A stretch of DNA of 248,000 nt from Wallemia ichthyophaga EXF-994. Lineage: Eukaryota > Fungi > Basidiomycota. The stretch lies in NCBI RefSeq assembly GCF_000400465.1, contig NW_008806276.1, positions 20,001-268,000 on the forward strand, read 5' to 3'. The notes below the pieces were generated by a model that saw only the letters and a list, made by a program, of their open reading frames with translations, ran no database searches and had not been told where the DNA came from. The position numbers and the translations under genes were made by a program. Positions 40,738-51,979 of this stretch are shown one piece after another (the first letter of the stretch is position 1; each line of letters begins with the position of its first letter).

Positions 40738-41742
40738 ATGCGCGTCGCTTCGAGGGGAACGAGAGTGAGTAGGGGATGTGCGAGCGAGGAGAAGAAACGC
40801 ACCGCTAACACAGCCACAGAGTACGTGACGAGTCGGTGGAAATTTGGAGTGAGTTATGCGATGGACTGGGTGATCTGCGCAGCGTTGCTAGGGTTGCTGT
40901 ACATCATCAACAATGTCCACGGGTACTGGCGGGAATTCGACCTGAACGATGCGAGTATACGCCACTCGCACACGGAGGATGAGCGCGTACCCCTGTGGTT
41001 GCTGGGTATACTCATAGGACTGGTACCGATCGTGGCCAAGATTCTGCTCAGCACGCAATGGTATCGCTCTTACACGGATCTGCACCACGCGCTGCTTGGC
41101 TTTCTCCTCACAGCTGGTCTCACTCTCTCCACTACCACTGCCGTTAAGGTGCTCGTGGGCAGACCGCGCCCAGACCTCATTGCCCGCTGTCAGCCGCGTT
41201 CTGGCGCGTCTAATGCAGACGTCGGTCTTGCTACTGCGGATGTCTGCACACAAACCGACTTTGAACTGCTCCAGGATGGATTCAGGTCGTTTCCCAGCGG
41301 TCATTCCTCCACCTCGTTCGCTCTGCTGGGCTACCTCAGCTTCTACCTCGCGGGCAAAATGCAGGTTTTCGACACCAAGGGACACACAGTCAAGTCGTGG
41401 ATCTGCTGGGCTCCCTGGATCGGCGCCGTCCTTATCGCAGTGTCGCGCACTATGGACTACAGACATCACGCTACGGATATCATTGCAGGCGGCGTTATCG
41501 GCACTTTCTTCGCTTACGTGTGTTATAGACAATACTACCCACATTTGGGTAACGCAATGTGCCACAAACCGCACAACACGAGGTATGTCGAGAGGAAGGA
41601 TGCTTATAGACTGCCGAGGTATCAGGGGGACGGGGTGGACAGTGTGAGTGAGGAAGGAATGCAAATGGGGACGCTCAATGGAGGTGGACTAGTTGGACAG
41701 GAGAACAGGAGAACAGGGACAACAGGAACAAGGAACGTATAA
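40738..41742 (+). CDS. PAP2 lipid phosphate phosphatase (Dpp1/Lpp1-like)
   Basis: KVLVGRPRPD, SFPSGHSS, SRTMDYRHHATD. Confidence 0.9.
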   Translation: MRVASRGTRVSRGCASEEKKRTANTATEYVTSRWKFGVSYAMDWVICAALLGLLYIINNVHGYWREFDLNDASIRHSHTEDERVPLWLLGILIGLVPIVAKILLSTQWYRSYTDLHHALLGFLLTAGLTLSTTTAVKVLVGRPRPDLIARCQPRSGASNADVGLATADVCTQTDFELLQDGFRSFPSGHSSTSFALLGYLSFYLAGKMQVFDTKGHTVKSWICWAPWIGAVLIAVSRTMDYRHHATDIIAGGVIGTFFAYVCYRQYYPHLGNAMCHKPHNTRYVERKDAYRLPRYQGDGVDSVSEEGMQMGTLNGGGLVGQENRRTGTTGTRNV

Positions 41743-41769
41743 GATAGTCGATGCATCGTTATATTCTAA

Positions 41770-42306
41770 TATACTGCTCTCTATTCGTAGCAAAGTAGCG
41801 GCTAATATCCTGCTCTAATGATAGTATATACGTCCTTAGATCGTTGAGTTCGGAGGAGAGTGATTGCTGTGGGAGAGTGAGCTGAGTAAAACCGAATAAA
41901 AACACCTACGATACTGGAATTAGTACGCGTATCCTTAACCGACAATTCCTCTGTCAGAGTTGATTTGAGAGTGTCAAAGTCGCCTTCTAATGCGTCGATC
42001 CTGCTGAATTTGTCGTTCAACTGGAGCGACTCATTCCTGACACTAGCAATATCCCATTTAATGCTCTCATTCGATTTCCTATAATCTTCCAACAGGTACA
42101 TGTATCCACCCATAGACGCAGCTACGAATCCAACGCAGAATCCAAGAACGCTGTGGGAGTGAGTGAGTGCGAGAATACACGCTGATCCACACCAACCCTC
42201 CTCTGAATCCTCCTATTGGTTTCGTGGGCCGTAATTGCGCTGAATTCATCGTAGTTTCTTCCAAACGACGCTGATGGGTGGGCGAGAAGACAGCCAGTAA
42301 ACACAA
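41770..42306 (-). CDS. Small conserved fungal membrane/coiled-coil protein, probably mitochondrial
   Basis: RPTKPIGGFRGG, GYMYLLEDYRKSNE; short introns. Confidence 0.45.
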
Positions 42307-43060
42307 TCTAACAAATCAACAAATTAAAGGACTCCTATCGATTATTCGTAAACAGCGCTACAAATCACGTGAAATGCGTTTCCTATTCTTGTGCGTCGCT
42401 GTGTTATCCGTTATCTGCTATCTAAGCACACAATAGAGGCTTAGACAACGCAGGGAAGACGACAATAATGAAACGCGTCAATGGCGAGGATATAACGTCT
42501 ATTTCACCCACTTTAGGCTTCAATATCAAGACATTTATACATCGTGGCTATACGTTGAATGTTTGTGGGTTGCTGGTGTGTATTCGGTGTACCTTACTCA
42601 TGGTACTCCTCTTCCAGGGGACGTCGGCGGTCAACGCACATTGCGCCCTTATTGGCGTAACTACTTTGAACAGAATGACGCGGTGGTTTGGGTGGTTGAT
42701 TCATCGGATACGCTTAGAATGGATGATTGTCGGAATGAGCTGTTCGATCTACTCAGCGAGGATAGATTGGCTGGTACTACCATACTGATATTCGCAAACA
42801 AGGTTGATATCCACGGTGCAATGAGTGTGGATGATATACGCAGCGCTCTCCAATTGGACAGCATAAAGAGCCACACCTGGAGAATACAGCCCTGCAGCGC
42901 TGTGACGGGTGAGAACTTGTTACAAGGACTCGACTGGGCTGTCGGTGATTGCTCTAAACGCCTTTACTACTCTTCACAGCCAGATTTCACAGAATCGAGC
43001 GGAGATTTAACAAAAAACACTCAAGACACTCAAGAAACACCACCAAAGCTGTTTGGATGA
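42274..43060 (+). CDS. CIN4: ARF-like GTPase Arl2
   Basis: [42 protein letters not shown]. Confidence 0.9.
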
Positions 43061-43084
43061 TTATCGAATGCATGTTTATCGTTT

Positions 43085-43435
43085 CTACCTCTTTGGCGCA
43101 GCCTCTTCTCCATATCTCAACAAACCATGCACACGCTTGCCATGCTGCACCCTCGGTCCCCAAGCCCTGAATTCCTTCTTGGGTTTTGGTTCGTGCGCGA
43201 ATGAATCCGGGTACTCGCCCTGTCTAAACTTCTCCAGGCACCACAACAAATACTTCCTATCCCTGGTAGACAAGCCCATTCTCTCAAAGTCGATGCTCCT
43301 GCGGGTAAACAGCTGCTCCCAGTTCTCTACCTTGCACTTGTCCTGTAGATTTCTACCAAATGAGCTGAGCAAGGTGTGTGTATCGGTGAATTTTCCTGGA
43401 TGGCGTGTAAGTGGGTGCAAAACCAAGCAAATCAC
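43085..43435 (-). CDS. FYV4: Mitoribosomal protein mS41 (IGR domain)
   Basis: NWEQLF, GLSTRDRKYLLWCLEKFRQG. Confidence 0.75.
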   Translation of the reverse strand: MICLVLHPLTRHPGKFTDTHTLLSSFGRNLQDKCKVENWEQLFTRRSIDFERMGLSTRDRKYLLWCLEKFRQGEYPDSFAHEPKPKKEFRAWGPRVQHGKRVHGLLRYGEEAAPKR

Positions 43436-43526
43436 CCACCTCTACCCGATGCTATCTGTCTACTGGCGTTTCTGATCAACGTCGTCATCGTCGTCGTCGA
43501 GGTACAAGCCTTATATCCACACCACC

Positions 43527-44872
43527 ATGTCCCAACAAAACCAAGCTGTTATTCTAATCTCTTTCCCTGGCTCAACTGCCTACCAAGTCTATCAAGACCA
43601 GCGTGTCCCTCTCAGCGCCGGTGTCCTTGACCTAAGCCTTGTCAGTCTCAATTCCACCATCAACTACGACAACCCCACCGAGATATTCGACAGTCAAATG
43701 TCAGGCGGAACTGACTACTGGCTGGTGTTATCCATCAGGGGTGACGAGAAAGCGCACGCGTTCGAGCTAGCACTGCCATCAGGTATCCCTATAGACAGAA
43801 TAGGCGATTGTGGCTACAGCATCCCTTCGCCCACACTCCCTGATGCCTATATCGATATTGAACTCCCCGAGAAGCATTCAGACGAGGACAAGGAGAGCCT
43901 CGAGGTTATCCTCGGCTCCTACGCCAGTCTCCCCGTCCCACAAGCTCAGAGTGATTTGCGCGGCAAACTCTGTCTCGTCGATACCCAAGACGGCCAAATA
44001 TTAGGTTCGCTCGATGAGGCTCAGTCGGGCGCTCCCGTTGAAGACCCTTCACTGAGCGAGACGGGTAACGAAAAACACCCAGTCGTAGTCGATTTCCCTG
44101 ACCAGCCTGACGAATCCATCCGCGTATCTGCCGCTAAAGACCCCTCGCTGATGATTCGCAGCAGCAACTACGTCAGTCAGACCATTATCGGAGGTGGGTG
44201 GAGTCGAGCTGGTGTAGCAACGATGTACTAACACACTAACGCACACAGGCGGCAACCTCCTCGGAAAAGGGCTCGCAGCCGGCTCGCAAACCTTTGTTGC
44301 CAAGACCAAGACGGGCGAGAAACCGCTCGTGTTTTCGGAGAACTCGCGCAAGAACGCGGCGCGCGTGCACAAACTCACCGGTCAAGTAGCTAGTGTGTCG
44401 GCCAAGACGAGCGGTGTAATTGCCGACTCTGCGCGCGGTGTTGGCGCGTACGTCTCTGGTAAGGGCAAGAAAGACGACAAGGAGGATAAGAAGCCGGGTG
44501 AGTTTGTGTGGAGTGTGTTGCTCAACAACCAGCTAAAGTTACCCTTTAGGCTTCTTTAACAAGGCCTTCACGGCCGTAGATAACGTCTTCACGTCGGTAG
44601 AAGAGGCCAGCAAGACTTTCGTTAGCGATGCTTCCATGGCAGGGAGTGTTATGGCTGCTCATAAATACGGCCCAGACGCTGGCAAGGCCGTTAGAGGCGT
44701 CGGTGACTCGGTCCATAACGCCGCTATTGTCTACATTGACGTCAAGGGCGTGTCGAGAAAGGCACTCATCAAATCTGCTGGCAAAGGCGCCGTCTTTGGT
44801 GGTAAACAGAGCGCCGCACCTGCTAATACCGCCGATCCTTCGCCTTCGCCTTCTTTACCATCCAAGAATTAG
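43527..44872 (+). CDS. Senescence/spartin-domain protein
   Basis: ARVHKLTGQVASVSAKT, HKYGPDAG, YIDVKGVSRKALIK. Confidence 0.75.
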
Positions 44873-45099
44873 ATATCTTTACGAGTTTTGTATCATGACC
44901 AATATTACCTAGATGCCATGCGGTATAGCACAATTCCTAAGAAAATCAGGCTGTTTGAATAATGATACACACGTTCAAGACTGGAAGAGCTGATAATGTA
45001 CAAAGCATAATACATGATTGTGATACCGTATGTTATTTGCGTCTAGGTGTATGTGAAGGCTATGAGGGCTACTTGTCTACCGGAGAAGAGTATACTAGT

Positions 45100-45890
45100 T
45101 GTACGTGTTGTCCTGTTTCCATGTCTGTGCTTTCTATCCGTCTATCCTCTCTGGTGAGCACAAGTCCCCAGCAGCTACACATGTTAGCTGTGTATCGAGA
45201 ATAAGAATGCTACAACTTACATATATCCAATGAGCGTAGAGATGAAGCAAAACTGCTTTCGTCAGCGAATAAGATCACAACAAAGCACTCCTCACAAGAA
45301 CAGCTAAATCGAGAAGAACGTTGAGCAGGGTTGATGTAGAATTGTTCAAGGCTGGTGGTAGGAAGAATGCTGAGCTGTTTATTAGACGCCATTGAGCAGT
45401 TGAATCACCGCACCAATCAAGCCACCGAGTTGATCAACAGCAGCAGCAGCAGCAGGATCAGCATCAGCATTAACAACATTTGCAATCTCAATCATTTACA
45501 ACGTTGGCTGCTCCACTTGAAGACATCCCTTTACAAACTCAACCGACATCTCGCAGTCACATCCGGTGCTTCAGGCACCTTATCGACTGATTCTTGTGAC
45601 AGATTAAATTAGCCTGAGCTTGAGCTTGAGTTTCAAGTTGAATTAATTACGATAGAATTTACAGTAAAAGTTGAAAGTAACTTCTGTGCTCCCTCATTCA
45701 TTCAAATCCTACCCTCATAGCACCCTTTCCACTCGCTTACCATTTTTACGCCTCGTGATCTTGAGGCGCGAGACATTCAGCGGATTGATGCAGCGGCTTG
45801 AAACAACGGAGATAGCGATTTATGGAAAATTATGCTTATGGTCAGGAGGCGTATCAGCTAGAGTACTTCAAGACGCTTCATTCGAGTAGC
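45100..45890. repeat. Older, diverged duplicate of 57600-58330
   Basis: Shared colinear blocks (tagagatgaagcaaaactgcttt; tcgagaagaacgttgag; gcgagacattcagcggattgatg) with many substitutions. Confidence 0.8.
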
Positions 45891-46244
45891 TAGAGATGGA
45901 AGACAGGATTGAATGCTCATAGTGTAACTGAATCAGTGTTACATTCGGCATCCTGATCACCTATTATAAATCGTCCTTCCTGCCCTCTCCATGACTTAAT
46001 TTCACTGCTACCATCGCCCAGATGCAATCGATTATGTTGATTCTACAGCAATTAGACGCACCACGAGAAGGCCATTTTGATCTGCTTTCACTCCACTCTA
46101 CTCAAAGGATGTACCCATTTCGACACTGACAAGCTCGCGTCGATATACTGCGCCTCCTTTGACGCGAAGTATCATTCCTTGGTCGAGTGTATAAATAAGG
46201 CTGTTCTTTTTCACTATCTCTCATCCCGCTTCTGCCACTTAAGT

Positions 46245-46616
46245 ATGAAGTTTCCAGTCACTTTAGTTCTATTAGTCGCTGTTCTTTGTTGTCTTGTCGA
46301 AGCAGCCAAGCGCCGGGGGTACAATAGAGGCATCCTCGACAAGAAAGGTATGATGCAAAAGAGAGGTATCCTCGGTAAGAAGGAATTTGGCAAGAGATAC
46401 ATCCTCGATAAGAGCGAATACGTCAAGAGAGGCGGATTGACTGATATCCTGGACAAGAGAGATATCTACCGCAGACAAGAAAATAATTACGACTTCGACG
46501 AACTGACAGACATGAAGAGGGGTATCCTCAGTCGTCAAGATAACGATGACCTCGAGGAACTTTCAGCCATCAAGAGAGAGATTCTCAAGCGTCAAGATGA
46601 TGAAACGCTCGAATGA
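46245..46616 (+). CDS. Secreted Kex2-processed repeat-like (KEP) peptide precursor, copy A
   Basis: Signal peptide MKFPVTLVLLVAVLCCLVEAA, about ten KR/KK/RR sites, repeated (G/Y/D/E)IL motif. Confidence 0.75.
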   Translation: MKFPVTLVLLVAVLCCLVEAAKRRGYNRGILDKKGMMQKRGILGKKEFGKRYILDKSEYVKRGGLTDILDKRDIYRRQENNYDFDELTDMKRGILSRQDNDDLEELSAIKREILKRQDDETLE

Positions 46617-46801
46617 CTAGCTATTGGGTAAATATCAGGTCCACTCGCCATATTTTTAATATGATTCTCTGAATTCACGATTGTATGTTTTAGAAATAAA
46701 TGTTGTTTACTGTAATTAATGAAAGACATTAAAGATATCAGAGGGGTATATAAATAATCTAAAAGAGTGCAATAGCACTGACCGGACTCGCCTTGAAGGC
46801 G

Positions 46802-47119
46802 TCAGTACGAGAGCGAGTATTGATTAGTGTGTTTGAAATCATAGACCATTACGCTGAGCTCGTAGATGTAGTCGTTGAGGTCGTCGCGCTCCTGCTTCAA
46901 TTGCTTGTTGAAACTTCTCAAGTACTCAACTTCAGCTTTCAAGGAGGATTGCAAGCGTTGACGTTCGCCGTGCCGAGTATTGCAGCAGAGATGCAGAGAC
47001 TCCGCCTCATTCTTAGTAATTTCTGAGCCAGAGACATCGCGTACAATGTCTATTCCTGTTAGCAAGTGCTGATATAGATCACAATCAATCGTCTTACTTT
47101 TCTCGCTTTTTTGGATCAT
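46802..47119 (-). CDS. Small leucine-zipper (degenerate bZIP-like) protein, copy A
   Basis: LKAEVEYLRSFNKQLKQERDDL heptad repeat. Confidence 0.4.
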   Translation of the reverse strand: MIQKSEKSKTIDCDLYQHLLTGIDIVRDVSGSEITKNEAESLHLCCNTRHGERQRLQSSLKAEVEYLRSFNKQLKQERDDLNDYIYELSVMVYDFKHTNQYSLSY

Positions 47120-47363
47120 TTATGCAGTGAGGATATAAGAGGAGAAGAAACTGAGTAGACTCTGCACGGACTGCGTGGTCCCGCTCGGAATCCGCTCATA
47201 CGAATCTAGGGTGGTGAAAATCCGTGCCTGGAAACATCACAAGTATGTTTCCGGTAACAGTCGATGTTAAGCCTTCCTCAAACACTTGCAGATAAATGTT
47301 CAAGTAATATTGCGTGTATTATCTATCAACATCTCTATCAAGCTACTTATTACGAAGACATGA

Positions 47364-47704
47364 TCAGCTATCCTGCCTCTCGAGCTCATCTAGTACCTTG
47401 TACGCTCCCTTCTCTTCCAATGCCTTGATGAAAAGGATCCGTGCCATCTCGTCGTCCCCGAAGCGATGGAGCTTAAGCACCTCATTTCGGTAGTCAGGCC
47501 TAACTCCGAAAAGAGCGTGTGCAGCTGTATCCGTATCCAGCGAGAAGTTTGCGTTTGAGTGGGAGCGTGAATAACTACCAAAAGCACTCTTGATGTCGAG
47601 CATGTCAGGTTGATCTTCTTCGATAGCAAAATTAAACTTACAGATACCGGAGCAGCAAGCACAGAGCCTAAAACTATCCCAGTAAAGGCTGCTGCAAGCT
47701 TCAT
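47364..47704 (-). CDS. Small secreted protein, copy A (splicing uncertain)
   Basis: Signal peptide MKLAAAFTGIVLGSVLAAP in one frame, body EDQPDMLDIK...ERQDS in another. Confidence 0.5.
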
Positions 47705-47906
47705 GAGTTGAAGATGTGGCGGATGTAAGTTCTCGCTGAGCAAAAGCTCCCGAGGGGGAAGCTTTCGGGTAAAAGCATACGCTAGCTCTTCTAATAATTT
47801 TAAATGATGATGTCATTTAATAATTAGGAGCATAAAGAGTCGTAAATGGCTATCATTGTATTATCGTAAATATTGGCACATTTCAATTACATCAAAGAAT
47901 CAAATA

Positions 47907-48506
47907 TTATCCCCCGCATGTTCCGTGAATAAGGAATCTCGAAAACCCTTCAATGTTTGACCTACCTTCGAGAAATAACTGGCTACCTCCGCAGGGAGTT
48001 TTGCTCCAATTAATAGTCTTATCTGAGTGATGATTAAGCACGGCATATCCATGCCAACTATCGTCAAAGTTTTGCTTTATACATTTAGTAGATTCCTTCG
48101 GTTTCTCGTTTGTTAATTTTTGGTTCATCGCACTTGATATCTTTTCCAAATGTGGATACTTGGTACATGAATTTTCGACGTGGAATTTGTAAGTGTTGTC
48201 TGATATTGCCGTTTCAATCACATTACATCTATATGTATACCAATCATAGATGGCAATGCCACTGTCATACGCAGCTCTCAGACCAAATGACAAGATTCCG
48301 ATAGAGAACCAGATTGGAACCTGATGCGTTGGAGAGCTATTGACAGGCAAATATTTAGGAAAAACCACGCGCATACTTTGAGATATAGAGTAAAAAATAG
48401 AAACATTTTCGAATGTCAAGCATTCATTATGAATGAAGTAGTTAGTGATAAGCTTGAGAAATAATGCTGCGCAATTGATGGCTATGACTTTGTGAATCGT
48501 TACCAT
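47907..48506 (-). CDS. Putative secreted killer-toxin-like protein (CSS2/KHR-like C-terminal fold), copy A
   Basis: Amphipathic helix, then a four-Cys pattern C..YKFH..SC-T..I..A..L..CI..WHGY..W..PC; resemblance judged by eye. Confidence 0.5.
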   Translation of the reverse strand: MVTIHKVIAINCAALFLKLITNYFIHNECLTFENVSIFYSISQSMRVVFPKYLPVNSSPTHQVPIWFSIGILSFGLRAAYDSGIAIYDWYTYRCNVIETAISDNTYKFHVENSCTKYPHLEKISSAMNQKLTNEKPKESTKCIKQNFDDSWHGYAVLNHHSDKTINWSKTPCGGSQLFLEGRSNIEGFSRFLIHGTCGG

Positions 48507-48938
48507 ATGATGAGAGTTGAGAGGATAGGACGCGACAGTGGATAGGCTGCTCGAAAGATTTCAATAATGATAACATTTCGTCTTTGACATTAATTCTGAT
48601 TACTTACTGAACACCCACTTCCAACTCCCAAACCTCTAGATGAGACGCTTCAATTTTAAACTTAGAATTCCATAAACCGTAATTGTTTATTCAATTTACT
48701 TGAAGCTCCTCCGGCTGAAACTTTGTGTCATTTTGTCTACGACAACAGGAAACGCCCAATATTGAGACAATGACGCATTAAAGTACACGCCTTTTTATTT
48801 GTTTACAAGCTTCAGCCGAATCACTTGGCAGTTTCATTAAATGACGAGATGTGATGATAGAAGTGAGAAACATCAGCCCAGCTGGCTTTATAAGAAGCGC
48901 TATATCTTTCTTTCTTCTTCACAACTAAGAAAATTGAA

Positions 48939-49659
48939 ATGTACTTCAACAACGTCAAAGCTCTCGCCGTTCTCGCCTTTACTAGCGCCATCGTATTAGT
49001 AGCCGCTGCACCTAACCCAGCTGGCAACATCTCGTATCGCGGAGATGTAGGAGATGTCGGTCACAAGAATGAAAACTCTGAAAAGGGTGTGGATGCCAAG
49101 AACAACGATAATTACGACAAATACGATAAGCAAGACAAGGAATCTCACGAAGAGGCGCTCAAGAAGCACAGCAAAGAGGTCGAAAAGCAGAAAATGCTGA
49201 CGAAAGAAGCTGCCGAAAAGAACAAAGCAAATGACAAGGTTGGTAATGACGAAGCTTGCTGAAAATTGGCTTACACAGTAATAGAACCAGAAGACAGACG
49301 AGTACTGGAAGGGTGAGAAGAAAGATGACAACACGTACGACAACAAGTCTGGTAATAAGAAGCAAGACAATCAGTACGACACCAGTAAGAAACAAGATTC
49401 TGGCAAGCACGATACCGACATGAAACAAGAGCACTACAACGACAAAAAGCAAGACAATCACTACGACACCAGTAAGAAACAAGATTCTGGCAAGCACGAT
49501 ACCGACATGAAACAAGAGCACTACAACGACAAAAAGCAAGACAATCACTACGACACCAGTAAGAAACAAGATTCTGGCAAGCACGATACCGACATGAAAC
49601 AAGAACACGACAACGACAAGAAGCAAGACAATCATTACGATACCGACAAGAAAGACTAA
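48939..49659 (+). CDS. Secreted hydrophilic repeat protein, copy A (2 full 29-aa repeats plus partial units)
   Basis: Signal peptide MYFNNVKALAVLAFTSAIVLVAA; phase-0 intron 49239-49284 joins to NQKTDEYW...KKQD repeats. Confidence 0.8.
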
Positions 49660-50010
49660 GCTTCGATTGTTTGTTAAGCTTATTGTACACTGTGTTCATG
49701 AATGATTCTATCATTGAACAAAGATATTAATTTTGAGTATTCAGCAAGGTGCTTTGTTCTTTACCCCGATAGGGCCTCTCGCTTATCAAGCTATTCCAAA
49801 AATAAAATCTTACTTATCCCAGCTGAGTTTGAACCCTTCAAGTTTGTCTCCTTTGTTCCACACTCTCACTACCGTAATTGATCCCTAAATCCGTCTTATC
49901 CACCTTATTTAACACAAGATACTTGACATGGACAAGCGAGATATCTAAGCGACCGTGACTATCTACCTATACAGTAATTCAAGACCACATCTAGCTCAAA
50001 TAACATCGGG

Positions 50011-51180
50011 ATGAAGTTGGAATTAGTCGCGATAGCTGCAATTATTCAGTTTGTCTTAGCGAAAGAGCCCTGGGATGACTTTAAGCATATCAAGGCATCG
50101 TTATTTGCTAATATAGTCACTTTTCACATTAAGAACACCATCATTGCTTGACGGACAAAAGTCAGAATTTTGATATTGCTGTTAATGGTATACCTTTTGA
50201 TACAAGCGTGTCATACTGAACAGGGGCCAGATTCGGACCGAATAGTGAGCCAATTCCCAAGCTCGAATATATTGCTGATTTGCTTAGGCATTAGTCAGGG
50301 ATCACGTCACCAAGACCCAGCAAATGCATGGTCGCACTTCTGGGAGGCCAACCCTTACGCGAAAGGGGTCAAAATTTTAGACTGTGGGGATATTCCAGTG
50401 ATTACAGTAGACAACCAGATGTCATAAAAAAGCACCGAAGCTGCGCACGACAATCTTCTCAATCGACCAACTGCAAGTAAGCATCTAAAGCATCCAATGC
50501 TACTCACATTTGGAGGTGACCACTCAATTGAGTTGCCAATTCTGCGTACTCTAAAAAAGGCGCGTAATCCGCGCTATTCATCGAAGTACATTTCCCGACA
50601 CTCATCTCTAGGTACACGGTCCTATATCGCTTATTCAGATCGACTCTCATATCGATACATGGTCTTCAGGCAAAAAGTATGGGTTCAGTGATAAGCACGA
50701 CACAGCACCTGTCTCTCATGGCAACATGCTTTGGCATGCGTCGGAGGAAAATTTGCTTACCTCGAGATCGATCCAAGCTGGAATAAGGACGCGTTTTACA
50801 AAAGAAAGGGATATTACAGATAATAAAGAGTTTGGTATAAAAATGATCACGATCGATGCTATAGATGAAATCGGTGCAAAGGGAATTGCAGATCAAATTA
50901 GAAAAAGGGTCGGCAATACGGCAGCCTATTTGACAATTGATATAGACTCAGTTGATCCTGCCTTTGCCGGCGCCACTGGAACACCCGAGCCTGGTGGGCT
51001 TACCACGCGCGAAGCCAAGACTATTTTAAGGAATCTGAAGGGTTTAAATTTTGTTGGGGCAGATATAGTCGAAGTTATTCACCATATGACGCTGGAAGTG
51101 AGCTAAGACAGATGGTCGCGGCTGATGTGGCACATGAAATTCTTCAATTACTGACTACGTCACCAATTATGGAATCCAGC
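50011..51180 (+). pseudogene. Agmatinase/ureohydrolase pseudogene with signal peptide, copy A
   Basis: GGDHSI, YLTIDIDSVDPAFA, TGTPEPGGLTTRE motifs spread over several frames with stops. Confidence 0.75.
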
Positions 51181-51979
51181 GTAATTCACGATGAGTTGTG
51201 AATGCATTTAAATAAGCTTTCACTAATGATTTACGCTTCTAAAGGTCTCTTTTCGTATTTATTACATCACATAGCTAAGAAATGCACATCGATGCCCATA
51301 TTTTGCCACTTATACGACTTCCTACGAGCTTGTATGTCAAAAACAAGCAATCTAAATGCTGCTAAATTCAACACTTTCTATTCTCCATTTATTCAATGTC
51401 ATATATGGAACTATCACCAGGAACTCACCAGGAATTCACCGATTAGGAAGGAAGATAAAGATATCTAGGCACTTCATTATCAAACCTACATGCAAGAATA
51501 CTATCGCTTAATTTCCGTCGCTTAATTGACCTTCACATGATTTATTGACCAGAACATACAGTTGATAAGATGTCTGATAAGGCGTCGATAAGGATGAGGA
51601 TAAGTAGGGTCGTTTTTTCAATAACTCTTCTTTCACCAATGAATAAAGAAGAAAAAAGGAGCCTTCCATAAACTCAGCGTGTTTTTTTTTTTTTAACAAT
51701 GCCGAGCCGGAGTCTTCAACAAAAAGGGGCTCTCATACCAGCCGAAATCTGAATAGACGTCATATCCAAATTTACGGAATAGGTGGTGTGAGTTGAAAGA
51801 GAAAGGAAAGGATTGATTGCTGATCTAAAAAGGTTATTGGGACGGCGGTGATTGTCACACTAGGAGAACAGAACACAGAAGCAGGTGTGTTTGTCTCGCG
51901 TAAAAATAAAACCACTCAAAACTCACAGGACCGCTATTCTTGTTGCTGGCTTATACCTTCTGGAGCTGCATAATCTACA

